NCBI RefSeq assembly: GCF_000002075.1
Contig: NW_004797329.1
Location: forward strand, 92,457-156,456
Length of the DNA stretch: 64,000 bases
Direction: 5' to 3'
From: Aplysia californica
Lineage: Eukaryota
The position numbers and the translations under genes are program-made. Position 1 is the first letter of the stretch, and every line of letters begins with the position of its first letter. Shown here piece after piece: positions 37,401-52,400 of the stretch. The notes beneath the pieces were generated by a model, which saw nothing but the letters and a program-made list of their open reading frames with translations, did no database searches and was not told the DNA's origin.

Positions 37401-40400
37401 CAAGCGGTGAGGAGGAAATTCTTTTCCTTCACATTATCATCTTTTAACTCCTTCTGTATGTACCTTTATCTGTCTTGGTATACTGGGACACCCGTCATGA
37501 GACTGGGTTTGGCTGAATACCATAATCAGCTTGGGATAACGGGGACGAAAACTACATGGCACCGTGATTGGGTGGTGATGCAACCAAATGTTTCTTGGAA
37601 TGAGAATGTGTAATTTTGGGAAGGGGTTTTCACTTTGAGGGATGATTGTATCTGTTGATTTGAGACAAGCACAAATGTTTGTTTGCTTCTTGTGTTTCGT
37701 AGTCAGTGGTCAAGGTTGATGTTTGTTCTTATTCACTCATTTGTAAATGTATTTTTTTTAGGGGAGGAGGATTTCTGTTGGTCTTTGTTCTTATATGTCT
37801 CTTTCTCTATGTCTGCTTTTCCGTGGCTTTTGTTGTTATATGATTATATGTTGTGCCATGAACATACTGTGTGTGAATTGGAAAAGTGTATATTTTATTA
37901 TTGGAAAGGGTATAAAATGCTTTTAACAATTGCAGGAAAAATGTGCTTTCATTAGTTTCTATCAAGTAAAGGCTTTGATGCATTTGAATTGTAGTGAATT
38001 GTTTAACAAAAAGGTATTTGTGGATGTCACTCGATGCACTGGTTTGGTTTCAAGCCCAATGGTTTCACATTTTAGAATTGAGTATGTAGTGTCATATTAT
38101 ATCTACTCACCATTATGATATCACTGCACTTGAAGTATAGCGAGGTAATATAAGTGTACTATCGTGAAACTCACAGGTAAATAATCTTGTATTATGTGTA
38201 TGTACTGAATGTGGATTTGTACGTGTATCAGTATGGGAGCTTCTTTAACAAATTTGTATTTTGTTTTTGCTTGTTTTATTTGTGTTTTTCTCTCCCCGTT
38301 GTCATCACACAGACTAGTAGATCTGCCAGAGCGGTCACTCCGGTCAGTACCCTGTGCCAGGCTCTCTTAGCCACTCATTTGATTGTCTTGGTTAATGTTT
38401 CCAGTTTTGTTTTTTCTTTTGATTACTAATCTTTTATAACATAGCGTTGACGTCCCAATAAGTCTGGAGGAACATACATGGTTACAGCAGGGAGCCAGAA
38501 TGGTTGCAATTCCTTTTGCAGGATTGTAATCCAATTTTTCAGTTGTAGTGGGTAACACCAATTCACTGTGGAGGAAATAAGAGGGAATGGTCTTTATTAA
38601 GTGTGATCAATAATGACAATAGATGGGAGCAAAAGAGAGAGCCTTTGGTAACTTTAAAGTTTCTTCTGTCAGTGTAAATTGCTGAATTGTTTCCATTTGC
38701 TTCATTTCCTACGTATACACATACATATTTTCATATATCTCTTCTATATTCTTAGCTGACATATATTTAAATGTATCAAGCATACAATGAGCAATGAGTT
38801 ATAATCAGTATTCTGTAAAAGACCGGACAAATTGCATGTTTTGAGTGTTGCAGGAATACCAATTATTCAGCCTTATATATTATATTATGCTATCTCCGTA
38901 GGCTATATGAGTCGGCTTTTTACAATTTTCAAATGCATGAATTTATTTTTATAGGAAAAGGTGTTTTTTTGTGTTTCATAGCAGAGGGGAGGAGTTTTAG
39001 GTATTTAGAAAAACAAAATCTTGCTTTAAATTGTGAACTGATGTGGGAAAATCCTAGAGGTGGTGGAGAAGATTGTACTTTATGCAAGTCCATTTCCAGG
39101 CATAAAACCAAAAATTCTGTTGATAAGACATTGCATAATAATGTTTTAATGAACTTTTGTGTAAGTAAGAAAAAAATTGCGATTATTTACACACCTCCTA
39201 ATGTTTGTCAGTGACTTCTCTTGACGGAGTCCACAGTGTATACACACAACTGTGAATGTGTTTTGCACCCTCCACACAAATGACACTTGCGCTGACAGTT
39301 TACCTTTCTATACTGAGCTTGATTTTCTTATTTTTGTCTTCCTCATATACTTACACATAAAAATTTTCTATCAGAAATAATAGCACAGTATTTTGTATGC
39401 ATACTGTACCATACTTCATTTATGTTTAAAAAAAACATAACCTAAAAACATCAATCCTGCTCGTTTGAGATGAAATTATGATCTGACAAATTTTAGTGAA
39501 ATAAAATAGTTTTTCCCATTTTAACACATATTTGTTAGAGAGATTTGCGGAGTCATTTTGGAACAATATTGGGTTTTGTCTTAATGCTGCTTGAGTGTGT
39601 GGGCTTGGTAGTTGTGTTGGCTGGAACAGCTGAAAGTGTACAAATATGGAGGGGCTTGTGGTGTGGGGAGACTGAGATTGAGTAGCGGAAGTGTTTACTG
39701 TGTTTGTGTGTTTTATGTTGTTGGTGTTTTTGATCCAGAGATGCATGGGTTTTTTACCCTTTGATCCAGTGCAGTGAATAGCAGTTGCTGTCTCTCTTCC
39801 TCTGTTATGTAGGTTCTTAGAGTTTATTCTCTTAGTTCGGTCTCAGAGGGAGAAGGGTAGCTTTGGAAATTGTGATTACTAGGAAGTGACATCTGGATAT
39901 TAAAGCAGAGAGGCGAAGACATATTTTTTTGTATCTTTGGTTTGATTTATTCCATTTTTTTAAAACAGAAAAGAAAGATTAAAAATCACTTATGTTTGTA
40001 TATGTGCATGAGTGTGTGTTTATGTGTATGTGAGTTTGTATTCATGCACAAGTAAGTGATGGGTTGGATGGGGAAGAGTCATCTCTATTTTTTGCTGTTG
40101 CCTTTGCTGAATTGTTACCTTGCATTCTTTTACAGCAAAGATTTTGGAAATCCACTAAGGTTGCACCTGTGTGATCAATCTGAAGTTTTGTTTTGTGGTA
40201 GAGTTAACAACGAACTGTGTTGAGTAACGGAAAAACGGTTAACAACTTCTCCTGACTTTGAACTCTCTTTTAATTATCACCTGATGTGGCTGTTCAGAAG
40301 TCTTTTGACTTTGATAACAAGAAAAGAAGACATTTGTGCCGACTATTGTGTTTGTTTGAAATTTGTGGTGGTGTTAATAATTGGTGGTTATTTTGAAAAA

Positions 40401-43400
40401 AAAAATTTTTCTTTTTTTTTTTTCCATTTATGATCCCACAGACTAACACAAACTATTTTCTTTTCTGTTATGTTATCTCTTCTTGTCCTCTTCATTCGAA
40501 AGCAGTAAGAATAGAGCATTGTATTATTAGTTTTCTAATCCACTTTTTCTCTCAAAAGGTTTGTGAAATGGGATATTTGCAGCTGACATCAGTTGTATTT
40601 TTTTCCGTCTTGACAATACACGTGTATAAAATTTGCCTGAAGCAGTGACAGATGCCATAAGAATAAATAGTTAATTGTTGATTATTGTGAGTTGCACAGA
40701 GGCTTATGGATCACTCCTCAGAGAAATTTGTAGGTAGCATCATATAGCAATCTACTAGCAACTTCTGTGTCTAAATAGATGAAGACTGTAAGAAGCTGTC
40801 AAGTCGTAGACGTGTGTTGAATGTTCAAGCTGTAGCCACAAGTGGAATACTTTGAACTTTATTGTGATGCACATGGAATATACTGAGAGCCGACCATTTT
40901 AAGAAAATATTAACTTTTGTTCTTCTTGCTCAGGCAGAGGTACTCTGTTATCTCTCGAGATGTCACTTTACTGAAGGCATAAACCTTTTATTGCTAATTT
41001 TCTGTTATATGTACTTTTTTTTTCTGTCCAACAATCTTTTTAAAACTTTTTGTTTAATTTTAATTTTTTACAATATTTTAGAAGGGGTGACCTTTACTTA
41101 GTTTTAGAATTCTTTGGAAATTTTTCTTGCAAACTACAGTAAAACTTTTTTTTAAACAGCCTATTTTATTAAGATTATAATTTCACTGTACTGTAGTTTT
41201 CTCCCTAGATGCTGTTTTGGTTTAATGCTCGAGGGGAGAGAACAAAACCAAGAACTTTTAGCTTTACTGTTTTCAAATCCGCAAACTCGGTGAAGATGTT
41301 GCCGTGCCTCATAGAAATGGATATTGACGCATAGGATATGCATGTGTTTGTCTAAAGTATGTTTATAGAGTTTATTTAAGAATTATAGTTCATCAGTTGT
41401 GTTTGGTTCTTGCGTTTTCATTTAAGTGGTGTGTTGGTATGTTTTAGCTTATATTATTCAAATTGCTGGGTGTGGTGAATGGCAACGTGGGAAATTTTAA
41501 AACGTTGGACAGAAAGAGGTTGTAAGATATTCCCACTGAAATACTGTATTTAACAGGGCATTCTTGAGCAGTTCTTATTCTTAAAGCACTGAATTAGCCC
41601 GCATGGTACTAAAATCCAAACCTGATGCTGATATTTATTTGTCTGCTGTCCTCATCATATTTTAAATGGTTAGAGATATTTTAACATTCTTGTGTTCATA
41701 AACGGTTAGAGATATTTTAACATTCTTGTGTTCATAAACGGTTAGAGATATTTTAATATTCTTGTGTTCATAATGGATATTTAAGTTTACTTTTGTGGGT
41801 GGTTGGCGGGTGCTTTAGTGTGGTTTGCTCTTTCTTTCCTATCAAATATCTATTGTCCTTATCTCTCCTCCTTTTGTTGTGTTTGTTACTCTCTTGTAAC
41901 ACCTCAAATCTGTGACACTCATATTACCTAATTGGGTTGTAAGTGCCTTAAAAAACGTATTAAAACTAAAACAAACAAAATGTTTACTTTCTGTAAAAAA
42001 AAATACCAGAAAAGGATCATTTGTTTCCTTTATTAGTTAAGTTCTAGCATATTCATGTTGTACTGGCCAAAAACTTGCACAGAGTAAGGCGAGAGTATTA
42101 GATGTATTATCGGTAGTTTCCCCAACTGACATTATACAATGACCTTTTTTTTTTTCTTCTAGTCTGAAATGAATACCCTTTTATTTTTTACTCATTTCCC
42201 GAGGGTGTTGTTAGAGATGGGCTGTTATTGTGTGAGAATGATGTTCTGATTTATTGTTTCTTGTTTTATCCTTCCCATTACAAAAACGGGAACAGACCAG
42301 CATTCAGCAAGAACTTGAAGATACAATGGCTGAACGTGAAACAGAGCTAAATGGTGTCAGAGAGCAGCTGGAGCAGACACGGCAGGAGCTGGATGGACTG
42401 AAGGGGTCGTTGAGCTCTGCAGAGCAGGAGAGAGATGAGCTGAAACAGTCCTTAGGGCAGTTGGAAGAAGAGAAGGAGAAGTGGAGTGAGAAAGAAATGG
42501 TAAGGACATTCTATAAGTAATTGCTGTTCTTATTATTGTTAGGTTCAAGTGTGTGGCCAGAACGCAGTAGGCTACTCCATTAGCTTAGTTGTTATTGTGC
42601 TTGACTACGGAGTGGATGACTCTGGTTCGAATCCTACCTTGGGTGTTCTTGAACTCCAGTCGTTTTGTGGATTTTTCAAAGCTCTCTACGCTTTTGGCTT
42701 GGTTCTATCGCAGACAGACTTTGAATTTGGAGGTCCCGTTAATAATATTGATAGGGCGTTAAACCCATACACTTTACTAATTTGCAGGATAAAGGCCATA
42801 CTTCACCCTTTTTCATTCCTAATGTATATCTGTTGAATATGCTGTCAAAGACTTTGAGTGTATCTTTTTTGAAACATCCAATCAGTTCATTTTTCTTTTG
42901 GTTAAAGTTTGTGTTGTTTCTTTCTCTTTGTTTTTTTGTTTTTCTTATAGTTCTAATCTCGTTATACTATTTCCCTTATCTCTTAGCTGAAAGAAGCAGA
43001 GCTGGTCAAACTGACGCAGACCGCGGAAGAGTTGAAACAACAGCTGGAGGAGGGCACAAAGACCCGCCAACTTCTGGAGAAGCAGCTGCAAGACAGGGAG
43101 GCAGAGCTCCTTCAGGTACATCACGTTTTGAATGCGATTCATTTTGTATGTCATTTCCAGTGGGAGATGAAGTGATTCACACCCTGGTCTTTTTTAATTT
43201 CATTAGGCCAAAGGGCTAGAACTCATATGGCTGCTGGATCCAAAAAGTAAAGTTTCAATTTTATTTTTCTTATTATTAACGATCAACAATCGTAACTTTT
43301 TTTTAGCATCATGTCTTCTCTCTCCCCCCCCCCCACCTCGGTTCAAATGTCTTTTTTTTTTTTTTAAAGTCAATTTGAAAACTATTATATCTCAAAGTCA

Positions 43401-46400
43401 GAAAAATTGATTGTTTTTTGGGGGGTGATATTTGCAGGCCCAGGAGGAGAGAGACCGGCGACAGGAGCAAGTGCAGGAGAAGGAAGAGAAGCTGGACCAA
43501 GTCACGCTACAAGTGGACAGTCTACAGATGGAGATTGCTAGTCTCACAAACTTCCAGGTGAGCAGAAGAGAACATAACGTCGGCGAAATGTTAGAATCTT
43601 CTAAGCCCAAAATGTTAATTTTTTTTAAAATGGCAGTGTCTTAATCTTTGGTATTAGTTGCATGTGCTCCAGAAATATTTGGTTGAAATTCACATTCTAA
43701 ATGTTGAAAAAAAAAAGATGAAGAAAAAATTCATAATGTAGGCACATTCGATAAAAGAATGAAACAGTTGTTTTTCTCTCTCCTGTAAAAGTTTGCTTTC
43801 TAGACTTAATACATTTGAACAGCATACTGAGGATAAAGTGTATTCCCCCTCTGTCTATGTGTGTCTTTGTCAAGGTAGGTCTCTCTTTCCTTGTGTAGGG
43901 TGGGTGGGAGCTTTTGTATAATCAGCACCATTTACTTGTTTTCAGTGTCCTTTTATCTTTCTGGTAAAATGTTTGCTCCCTTACAAAATCTCACTCCTTC
44001 GCTGTTATTTTGGTCTATATGTGTCTTTTTGTCTCTTTCTCTTTCTCACTTTCTGTCAGTTAGTCTGTCTTCTGTCATAATAGATTTGAGATGAAATTTG
44101 AAGTTATGGAAGTTTTTTGTTTTTTTTCCTTTTTTCAATTTCAGTTTACCATATTGCATAGCAGTTGGTTATATTCTCTACTACCCCTCTGTTGTTTCTA
44201 GTTGTTTTGATTTTTCTGGTTTCTAAATCTAGTAAATCGCCCTTGTTGTGTCAGCTTTCTTCATTTTAACTCGAACAAGCAAATGACAATCACCCTGCAC
44301 TGCAGTTTTTATTATTATTTTTTTCTGTAGCAAATTCCCCCAGGTCCTGCTTCTGTTCTCTCTCCCTCTGTTGTTCCTGTCTGTCAATCTTACCGTTTGC
44401 ACCTTCTTTATGGCCAATATTCTGCCCGTGTACTTCTCCCTACTCAAACTCAAACTTCGTCTTGTGGGTGGTTGGCGGGTGCTCTGATGTGGTTTGCTTC
44501 ATCTTTCCTATCGAACATCTATCGTCCTTATCTCCCCTTCTTTTTTATGTTTGTTACTCTCTTGTAACACTTCTAATCTTCTGGCGCTCATATAACCTTT
44601 TGCAGTTGCGAGCACCATAAAACCTCTACTAACACTTTCAAAAACCTCATCTTGTTCCTGTGTGTCTGCGTCCACAGCAAGAGCTTCAGAAAGACTTTGA
44701 CACTGTTCAGGCTATGTTAGATGAGAAAGAAAAGGACATGGAGAGTCTGACCAAAGAGCTGACTGACAGCAAATCCCAGCAGGAAACTCTGGACACTGTG
44801 GTAGGTTTCTTACCTCCGATTGTTTTAATTGTACTTTTCTATTTGTCTAGGTGGTCACTCTGCTGTGGTCTGCTCGCTCTACAGAGTGACTTGTCTTACT
44901 TATTCTGTTTCTTATGAAATGGGAATGTTATCATCAACACTCACTACAGACTGTATACATCCTTGATGCATTTTGATATCTTTGGCCTGAAGTACAGAAC
45001 TGTGCGGGGTTGTTGGTTTTTTTTCTAAATGGAATTCTGTTATGGGCTGGGCCTCAATTTTAGCTCTGAAAGTGGTTTCAGTGTTGTGTAATCACCAAAA
45101 TTTAGAGGTTTGAATGTCTTGAGTAAGATAAGGGATTAAATTATCACTAAATGATAATTGGCCTGGCCTGTGTGCATTAATAGAGGGGTAATTTAGTTGT
45201 TATGAATTGCAGAAAATAAAGAGGACTGTGCATATGCACTTCCCTAATTGTAGAATCTTTCATTTGTGTCTAAAAGTAATATTTCCTGTAGCTGGAACTG
45301 CGATTCTTTTAATGTTATTACATAATGTAAATATGGCTCTAAGCAAGACATTTATCTTTTTTAAACGGCTATACTTACTTTGTGTAAGATGTTCCGTCAT
45401 CTTTACATAAAAGTAAAGAATTTTATGATCTTGTTGAGGAAAGAAAATATGTTGCTTTTTGTATACTTGCCTTCTTGCATGAACTTTAACAGTTTGTAGC
45501 TTTCACTGATGTTTATGGTGGGGTTTTCAGTAAAGGAACTTCTCCTGTGTTTGGTATTATCAGGGATAGTAAGGAGTTTTTGTATCTCTGCACATAAACC
45601 TGATGATACCTTGTTGTATCTCTAGGACTCATTGCGTCATTAAAAGAGATATACGTTACGTCATGAAAAGAGATATACCATACTCTTCTTGTTAGTCAGT
45701 AACATCTTTTGATGTACTTTTTTCTTATTAAACACAATCACACAGTGAAGATATACCTGCCACAAATGAACTTTTTTTTTTTTAAGGCAATTTTATATGT
45801 TTTAGTTACAGTTGAAATACTTGTTTTTGAAGAACCTGATACAGCTTTTTGAGACTGATTATGCGTACTGCTTCTCCTGTAGGACTACTTTATACGTGGT
45901 CTGAAGACAATTGTACCAGCATGTCATCGTTCCTCTTTACAAGTGATCGAAGACATGAAAACATGTTTAACTGTTGTTTTGATTTGTTTTATTATACGCA
46001 AATTACATTTTGATTCCTAGGATTAATCCATTTGGTGACGGGTTCACTCGCAACATCTGATGCTTTGCTTTCTGTTTCTGTTAGTCTCACCGTTAGATCA
46101 CATGGTGATATATTTGGTTTACAGGTCCCGGCTTTTCAGGTCCATCTGCCTTTAAAATATTTATGGCCATCATTGATTTGTGGCCAAGACCATAGGTTAT
46201 TCTGAGTGTATACTGGCTTGAATGTACACTTCATTTATGTACCATTTTCTTTGCTTATGATAAAGATTATTATTAGATACCTTTTAAGGTCAAATGTTTC
46301 TTTGCAGATGTTATCCTTGTTTCAGTATTAGTGAAAACAATTGGGAAGACCTTGTTTTTTCTTCACAGAATATTCTCTCTTTTTTTGTTATCCATAAAAC

Positions 46401-49400
46401 TTCTGAAAAAATATTGTATAAAAAGTTTATCTTACAGGTAGCCATATTTAATGCGGGGTAGAAAGCAGGTTTTCCTGAATATCCAAGTAAAGCAAGATAA
46501 GATGAGATTTAATTTTTTGATTTTTATCCGGAAGAATTTGTTTGCTAGATGAGGAACATAATCATTTCTAATATGGGGCCAGAGCCATCACAATTTCTTT
46601 TTATGAAAAATGCTTTCTGATGAAATACATCTCATCCAAACACTTGACCATGGTGCAGGAGAACACAAGAAATAGTACCACCACACACCAAATACTGAAA
46701 CCAGAATAAAAAATTGTTTTTGTTTTCTAGTGTAAAATCCTAGTTTTGTCTTCATGTTGACATTTTCAAAGATTGGATTGCAGTGTCTTTTTCATTTATC
46801 ATTCTCATACAAAATGTGTCTAACGTAATAATTATTATTCTGAAGTGTTCAATGTTCCCCTTACATTTGAAAGGGGTCAACTGAACTGACTCTATGCTAC
46901 CCTATATCTGTGACAAATGCTATTTGTGTTTTGAAATTTAAAGTGAATTATGCTTTTACAATTAAAAAAGATAAATAAATAAATAAATAAATAAATTACA
47001 CATTATGGATCCCATGAGGATATTTGAGTTACAATGGCAAATATACATATAATTATCTTCACAAATAAAAAAACATACAAAGCAAACCGAATACACAATA
47101 TTACATCAGTGCAGGACAATTGTACAAACATAACAACAACAAAAATTGAAGGAAATACAAACGTCAGGGACTGGAAGTTTTCTCACAATGAGATCCTTAT
47201 GACATCACCTCGTGGTGGTGGGTGGTTGGAGGGTGCCACTGGTAGGTCCTACTTCTTTTCTTTCCCTCTGCTATTTCTGTCTGTCCATCTTACTTTTTCT
47301 CAGCACTAAAAAAATGACCATTCTTGTGTCGTTGTGCTTCTCTTCACTCAAACAAACATCACCTCATGGTCTGATCCATCGTGTCTTTCCTCTGACATTC
47401 ACGCTTTGTACCCACACATCCCTGGAGCAGATTCAGCTAGAGGGGCTGGTTGCCTCACTGCGCAAAGAGCTGAAGGAGAAACAGAATGTGGTGGAGGAGA
47501 AAGAGGAGGAGCTTTATGAGCTCCAAGACAAGCTCGATGAAATGGTAGAGTCATCTGCTCTTGGCCATGCCGCTTTGTCTTTTGTGCATTTTGGTCGTGC
47601 CGTCCCACTCCTTTTGGCTATGATACGCTGTCGTGTGGTAACTTTAGCGTTGTATTCAATGGTAGAATGCAAACAACCAACTATGACCTTGGTCTAACAG
47701 TTTTGCTGTGAAGATTTTTGATTAATTGGTTTGTCATTCTTTTTAAAAAAACGTTTTTTCCACTTTAAACTCGAATAACTTTTGATAATTTTTGTTGTGT
47801 TTTCATTTACTGACAACCAGAACGTTTCATATTTCTACACTATTAACTCTTCTTTTCATTAAATATTTAAGAGAAAACATTTTAAATACACCTACAAGTC
47901 AAGCATGGGCATAGGCTACTGTATAAATGAAACAATGGTAATTATCATTATCGATGGTACATAATTTTAAGAGTTCTAATAACTGAATTGACCCCAAAGA
48001 TAAATGCAATATGTAAGGGGCTCATTTATTGAGTGGATGGCACAGCATGGCATTCAATGTACAAGCAAGATTCTCAAGTACTCCAGTAGTGGCACTGTGT
48101 ATTTTGTGCTGTGAAATCTGTCATAGCCCACGCTAGGCACAGCCTCCTTCTCTTACTATAAATCTGTTCCCTACATATTCCCGCTAGTCTTTACCTACAC
48201 AGTCCCTCCCAAAATGCAACCCTTCCCTGCCTTCTGTACAGTCCCACCTTTTATTCTCTCTGTAAGGAAAATATTCTGGAATTTTATCAGCAGCTGTGTT
48301 TTTAGCTTTTCCCAGTAAATGCGTCTCCTTTGGGATGCTATTATAAAGCTATTTCTTATTTTGAGTCAAGAAATTTCCTGCTTTTTATAGCATCTGTTTA
48401 TTTATGTCATCACAATAATTGTATGCAGACTTTTTTGTAGTTGTAATCAGTTAAAACTATTTCAAACAAAATGTACTGTGTTCACTGTTATTTTCAAATA
48501 AATGTTACCTTTTTAGATATTAAGACAATAATTCTAAAATTTCAAGTATGCTCACATGATTCCTTAATCTAGAACACTGGTAAATTATATTTTTTTCTCA
48601 TCCTTTACTTTCTAAGATTCTCTAGTCTGCTGAGTAGCCTTTTGATCTTAATCTCATGTAGGCCTACCGATGAATTGTCCTCATAGGAAGGTCTGAATTA
48701 TTTGCAACTGATTAGGAGAAGACATCCTGGTAGCTGGAAGCAGATTTTTATGATTAATTTGCCTATGGAACTTACTTCTCATCTGTCCATTATTTATTGG
48801 TGTATACAGTAGTCTCTGCCTAAGATCCTGGTGCTTTGGAGCAAGGAAAATGCATATCTTACCTGAGCAGGATTGCGCTCAAATCATCAAGGAGAAGAAT
48901 CCACAGTGACTCATGGTCAGACCCACAATCAGTCAAATGATCCCTCCTTACTTTGAAGTGAACTGAAGTGATCACAGGGTGGGCTTATAATTTTGCAGAG
49001 CAAAGAACAGTTAACCTTGACACAAATATGTCATCTTAAGTTGATGAGGCATGCCATTTTCACAAAGCCAATTGTGAGTCGCAAGGTGTAGGTCGATCCC
49101 ATTGCTCTTCCCTGCTCATGTCATAACGTACCATTGTGTTGTGACTGTACCAATTGAGATACAAAGAAAGGAAGGCAAGGTCAAGGCCAACAGATGACCA
49201 CATAAGGCCAAGTCAGTCAGACAGTCCCCTAGTATGTGTACCAGTCTGTCTACTAGATGTGGGTGCTGAGCTGAAAGGCACGTGTAATGGTCAGGGAAAC
49301 AAAGGCACCGACAAGTTCACAGTTCCATTTTATCCTGCCCGATATGGCCTTACCCATCAGCATGTGGTGTAAGTTCAGGCGGTAGGCGAGTGCGATGTTT

Positions 49401-52400
49401 GGGGGGGGAAAACATGTGTCATCAAGTTTACACCCTGGTGTGACCCTGTCTGGAGCAAACATTGGGGGCTTTTGTTCTGTAATTTATGATCAGAAATGTG
49501 GGATCTTTGCCAAATGTAGCCCTTCAGAGTGGGATGTTAGGGATAACTTTAGAGTTGTAGAAATCTTGTTTTCTTTAAACAGTGGGATCTTAAACAAACT
49601 GGTATCATAAGTGGTAGGATCTTAGGCAGAGACTACTGTATGTAATAATGTTCTCAGGGGCTACCCTTGTGCCAATGTCCTCTGTTTCCGCTTGCAGTGC
49701 ACAGAAATGTGAATGTGGCTGAATCTTGCTTTACCTTGCACTGTCTTTCCTCCAGCCAACCTATTAGAGTTCAGGAAGAGTGGTTGGAGAACACTTGGCT
49801 TAGGTTCTTTCTCTACCATCCCTCTGTTATGTCTGTCTGTATATCTTGCTTTTCCCTGTGATATAGTACTGTTAATGAGTCAGTGTGTTTCTTTGTAACT
49901 CCACAACAAGCGAATTCAAGATTATGATCATTAATCAAGAGATGAAAAATGTGATTGTTGAAGATATACTGTACATTTGTGCTTTCCCTCACTTGACTGG
50001 CACAGGAGAACTTGATAGTAGAAAATAGACTTTGTTTTCCCACCTTGAAAAGTTTTTCTTGCTATTCAGATGCAGTGTGCAACATGCATGATCAGGCTAT
50101 ACACTACAGTTATGTTTGTTAACACACTACAGTTATGTTTGTTTGTACTCGCTCATAACACCCGCCCTCACCACCCCTACCCCCTTCAAAAATAATTTTA
50201 AAAACAAAGAAGCGTGCACATGCCCATCCATCTATACAAACAGTAGCAGCATTTCATATTCAATTGCTTATGGTCGGAGAATATTTCTTCAGTGATTTCA
50301 TGACGAAATAATAAGTGTTTAAATGTTTACTTCAACCCCCTTCATCTCAGATAGTGCACAGTATAAGATCTGTCACATTCTGTAAGGCTTACTGAATGTT
50401 TTTTATGTCTCCCTTTTTATCTAATATTTATTCTGTTACTTTGTTTCGTGGCATAGCTCTTAACCTTAACATGCAAAACGTTTTTTTTCACTAAGGTATG
50501 AATTCAATTCCCTCAAAATTTTATTACAAGTATTTTCCGTGCTGTTGTATTTCCTGACTTCTTTCAGCTGGGTTTTTTTTTTTTTGTGTGTGTTTGTTTA
50601 AAAATATTTCTTCTTTTCTTTACTCCCTGAGTTAAAAATAGTATGATCTTTGCAACTGGTGAAACTTACAGAGTGGTTTGTGGTGAAATCATACTCATCA
50701 ACTTGATTAAAACACACAATTCCTTCTATATTCACAAGCTGTAAGATTGGTACAAAAATATTAAACCAGTATAAACTCTTAGATTTATAAAGTCACTGAA
50801 AGCTCTTTATTTTTATCCATGTGCCATAAGTACCAAAAAAGAAGTTGTTTTTCTTACCATCTAATTGGCACTGTTTTGTAAGTCTGTTCTAAATGGATAA
50901 TTTGGCAAAAGTTAACTTGTCATAAGTGGCAGAAGGTCACATCCAGCACCCCTTTTTGTCGATACTGTATGTGATTGGAGTTCTGCCTTATGAGTATTTT
51001 GCCTGTTATGAACTGTAACTTTAAAAAGAATTGTGAAAGCCTTTATTAAAGAGAATGCTTTTTACTACTACTCGTTGCTCCAAAGCATGGCACAAAAAGG
51101 TATTACCCCAAAGAATGTAGAGAAGGACTTAAGAGTCCTTTTCTGTGCAAAGAATGTTTTTGTCTAAGCCTTCCGCATGTTCTCATTTTATCACTACATC
51201 AATATAAATATATGAGTTGCTTTGGCTGATTCTCAAGTATATGGAGCTTATTTTATTTATAACCATGAGAGATGAATATTGCATGGGTCAATGTGGTTTT
51301 GTTGCAGGCCCATACATTTTGTTGTCCTTTATTCCGTCTTCATTTCGGGACATTTTGAAGTTAATTTTGCCACCCCCTCCCTTTCCCCCAGTTCACGCTC
51401 AGGGCATGTTTAACTCTGACAGAAAAGATTTAAAGATTGACACACACACACACCATAAACCCCCCTCCCCTTTTGATATTTGTCATCAGCTAATCAAAGG
51501 GTGATATTTAAGACTTTCAGGTTAAAAGTGGTGATGGTTGTCAGAAGTATGTGTTGCCTCTTTCCATCAATGAATCCTGTCCCTACTCCACTGCTATCTC
51601 TTCAGGGCGAGGCCAAAGGTGAGCTGGAGAAGATCAAATCCCAACTGTCTGAGCAGACACGCCTACTGGAGAAGGAGCAACAAATACGGAAAGAGTTGGA
51701 GGAAGCCTTGGCTGCAGAGAAAAGTTGTCGGGAAGAAAGTGAGAAGCAGAGAGAGGCAGAGGGGGAGGAAGTTGCAGAGAAGGTTCGAGTACTGGAGGGA
51801 GATGTGGAAGTAAAAGATAATAAGTTGAAAGAACAGGAAGAGAAGATAGAGGCCTTGTCGAATGAGCTGCAAGAAATACAGACACATTCGGAAAAACTTG
51901 AAAAAGTATTGAAGGAAAATAAAGAAAAGTCTGATTCTGAAATAACCCTTCTGCACGAGAAGCTGGAAGTTTCACAGAAGGAGTCAGGAACAAAGTTAAG
52001 TGAATTACAGGAGAAGTTGAAGGAGGAAGGTGCTCACACAGAGGGACAGAAGGTGCTGAATGAACAGCTCAGTAACTTGAAAGCTCAATTAGAAGATAAA
52101 GAACAGCTACAGAAACAGCTAGAAGAATTAGTCTCGGAGAAAGAAGGTGCAATCAGAGATCTTAATGTTCAGTTATCAGCAAAGGAAGAAAATCTTGATG
52201 AAATGAGATCAGTCCAGCTCCAGATGGAAGAAATGGAGTCCCAGTTATGTCTGCGGCAGACCTCTCTGCTTGATCTTCAGGCGGAGAAAGACAAGCTGAC
52301 CTCTGAGCTTGAGAAGATGAGCGATATGAAGAGTCTGCTGGAGGAGAAAGAGCAGACCATCACGGAGATCGAAGCTCAGTTGAGATTCCGACAGACAGCC

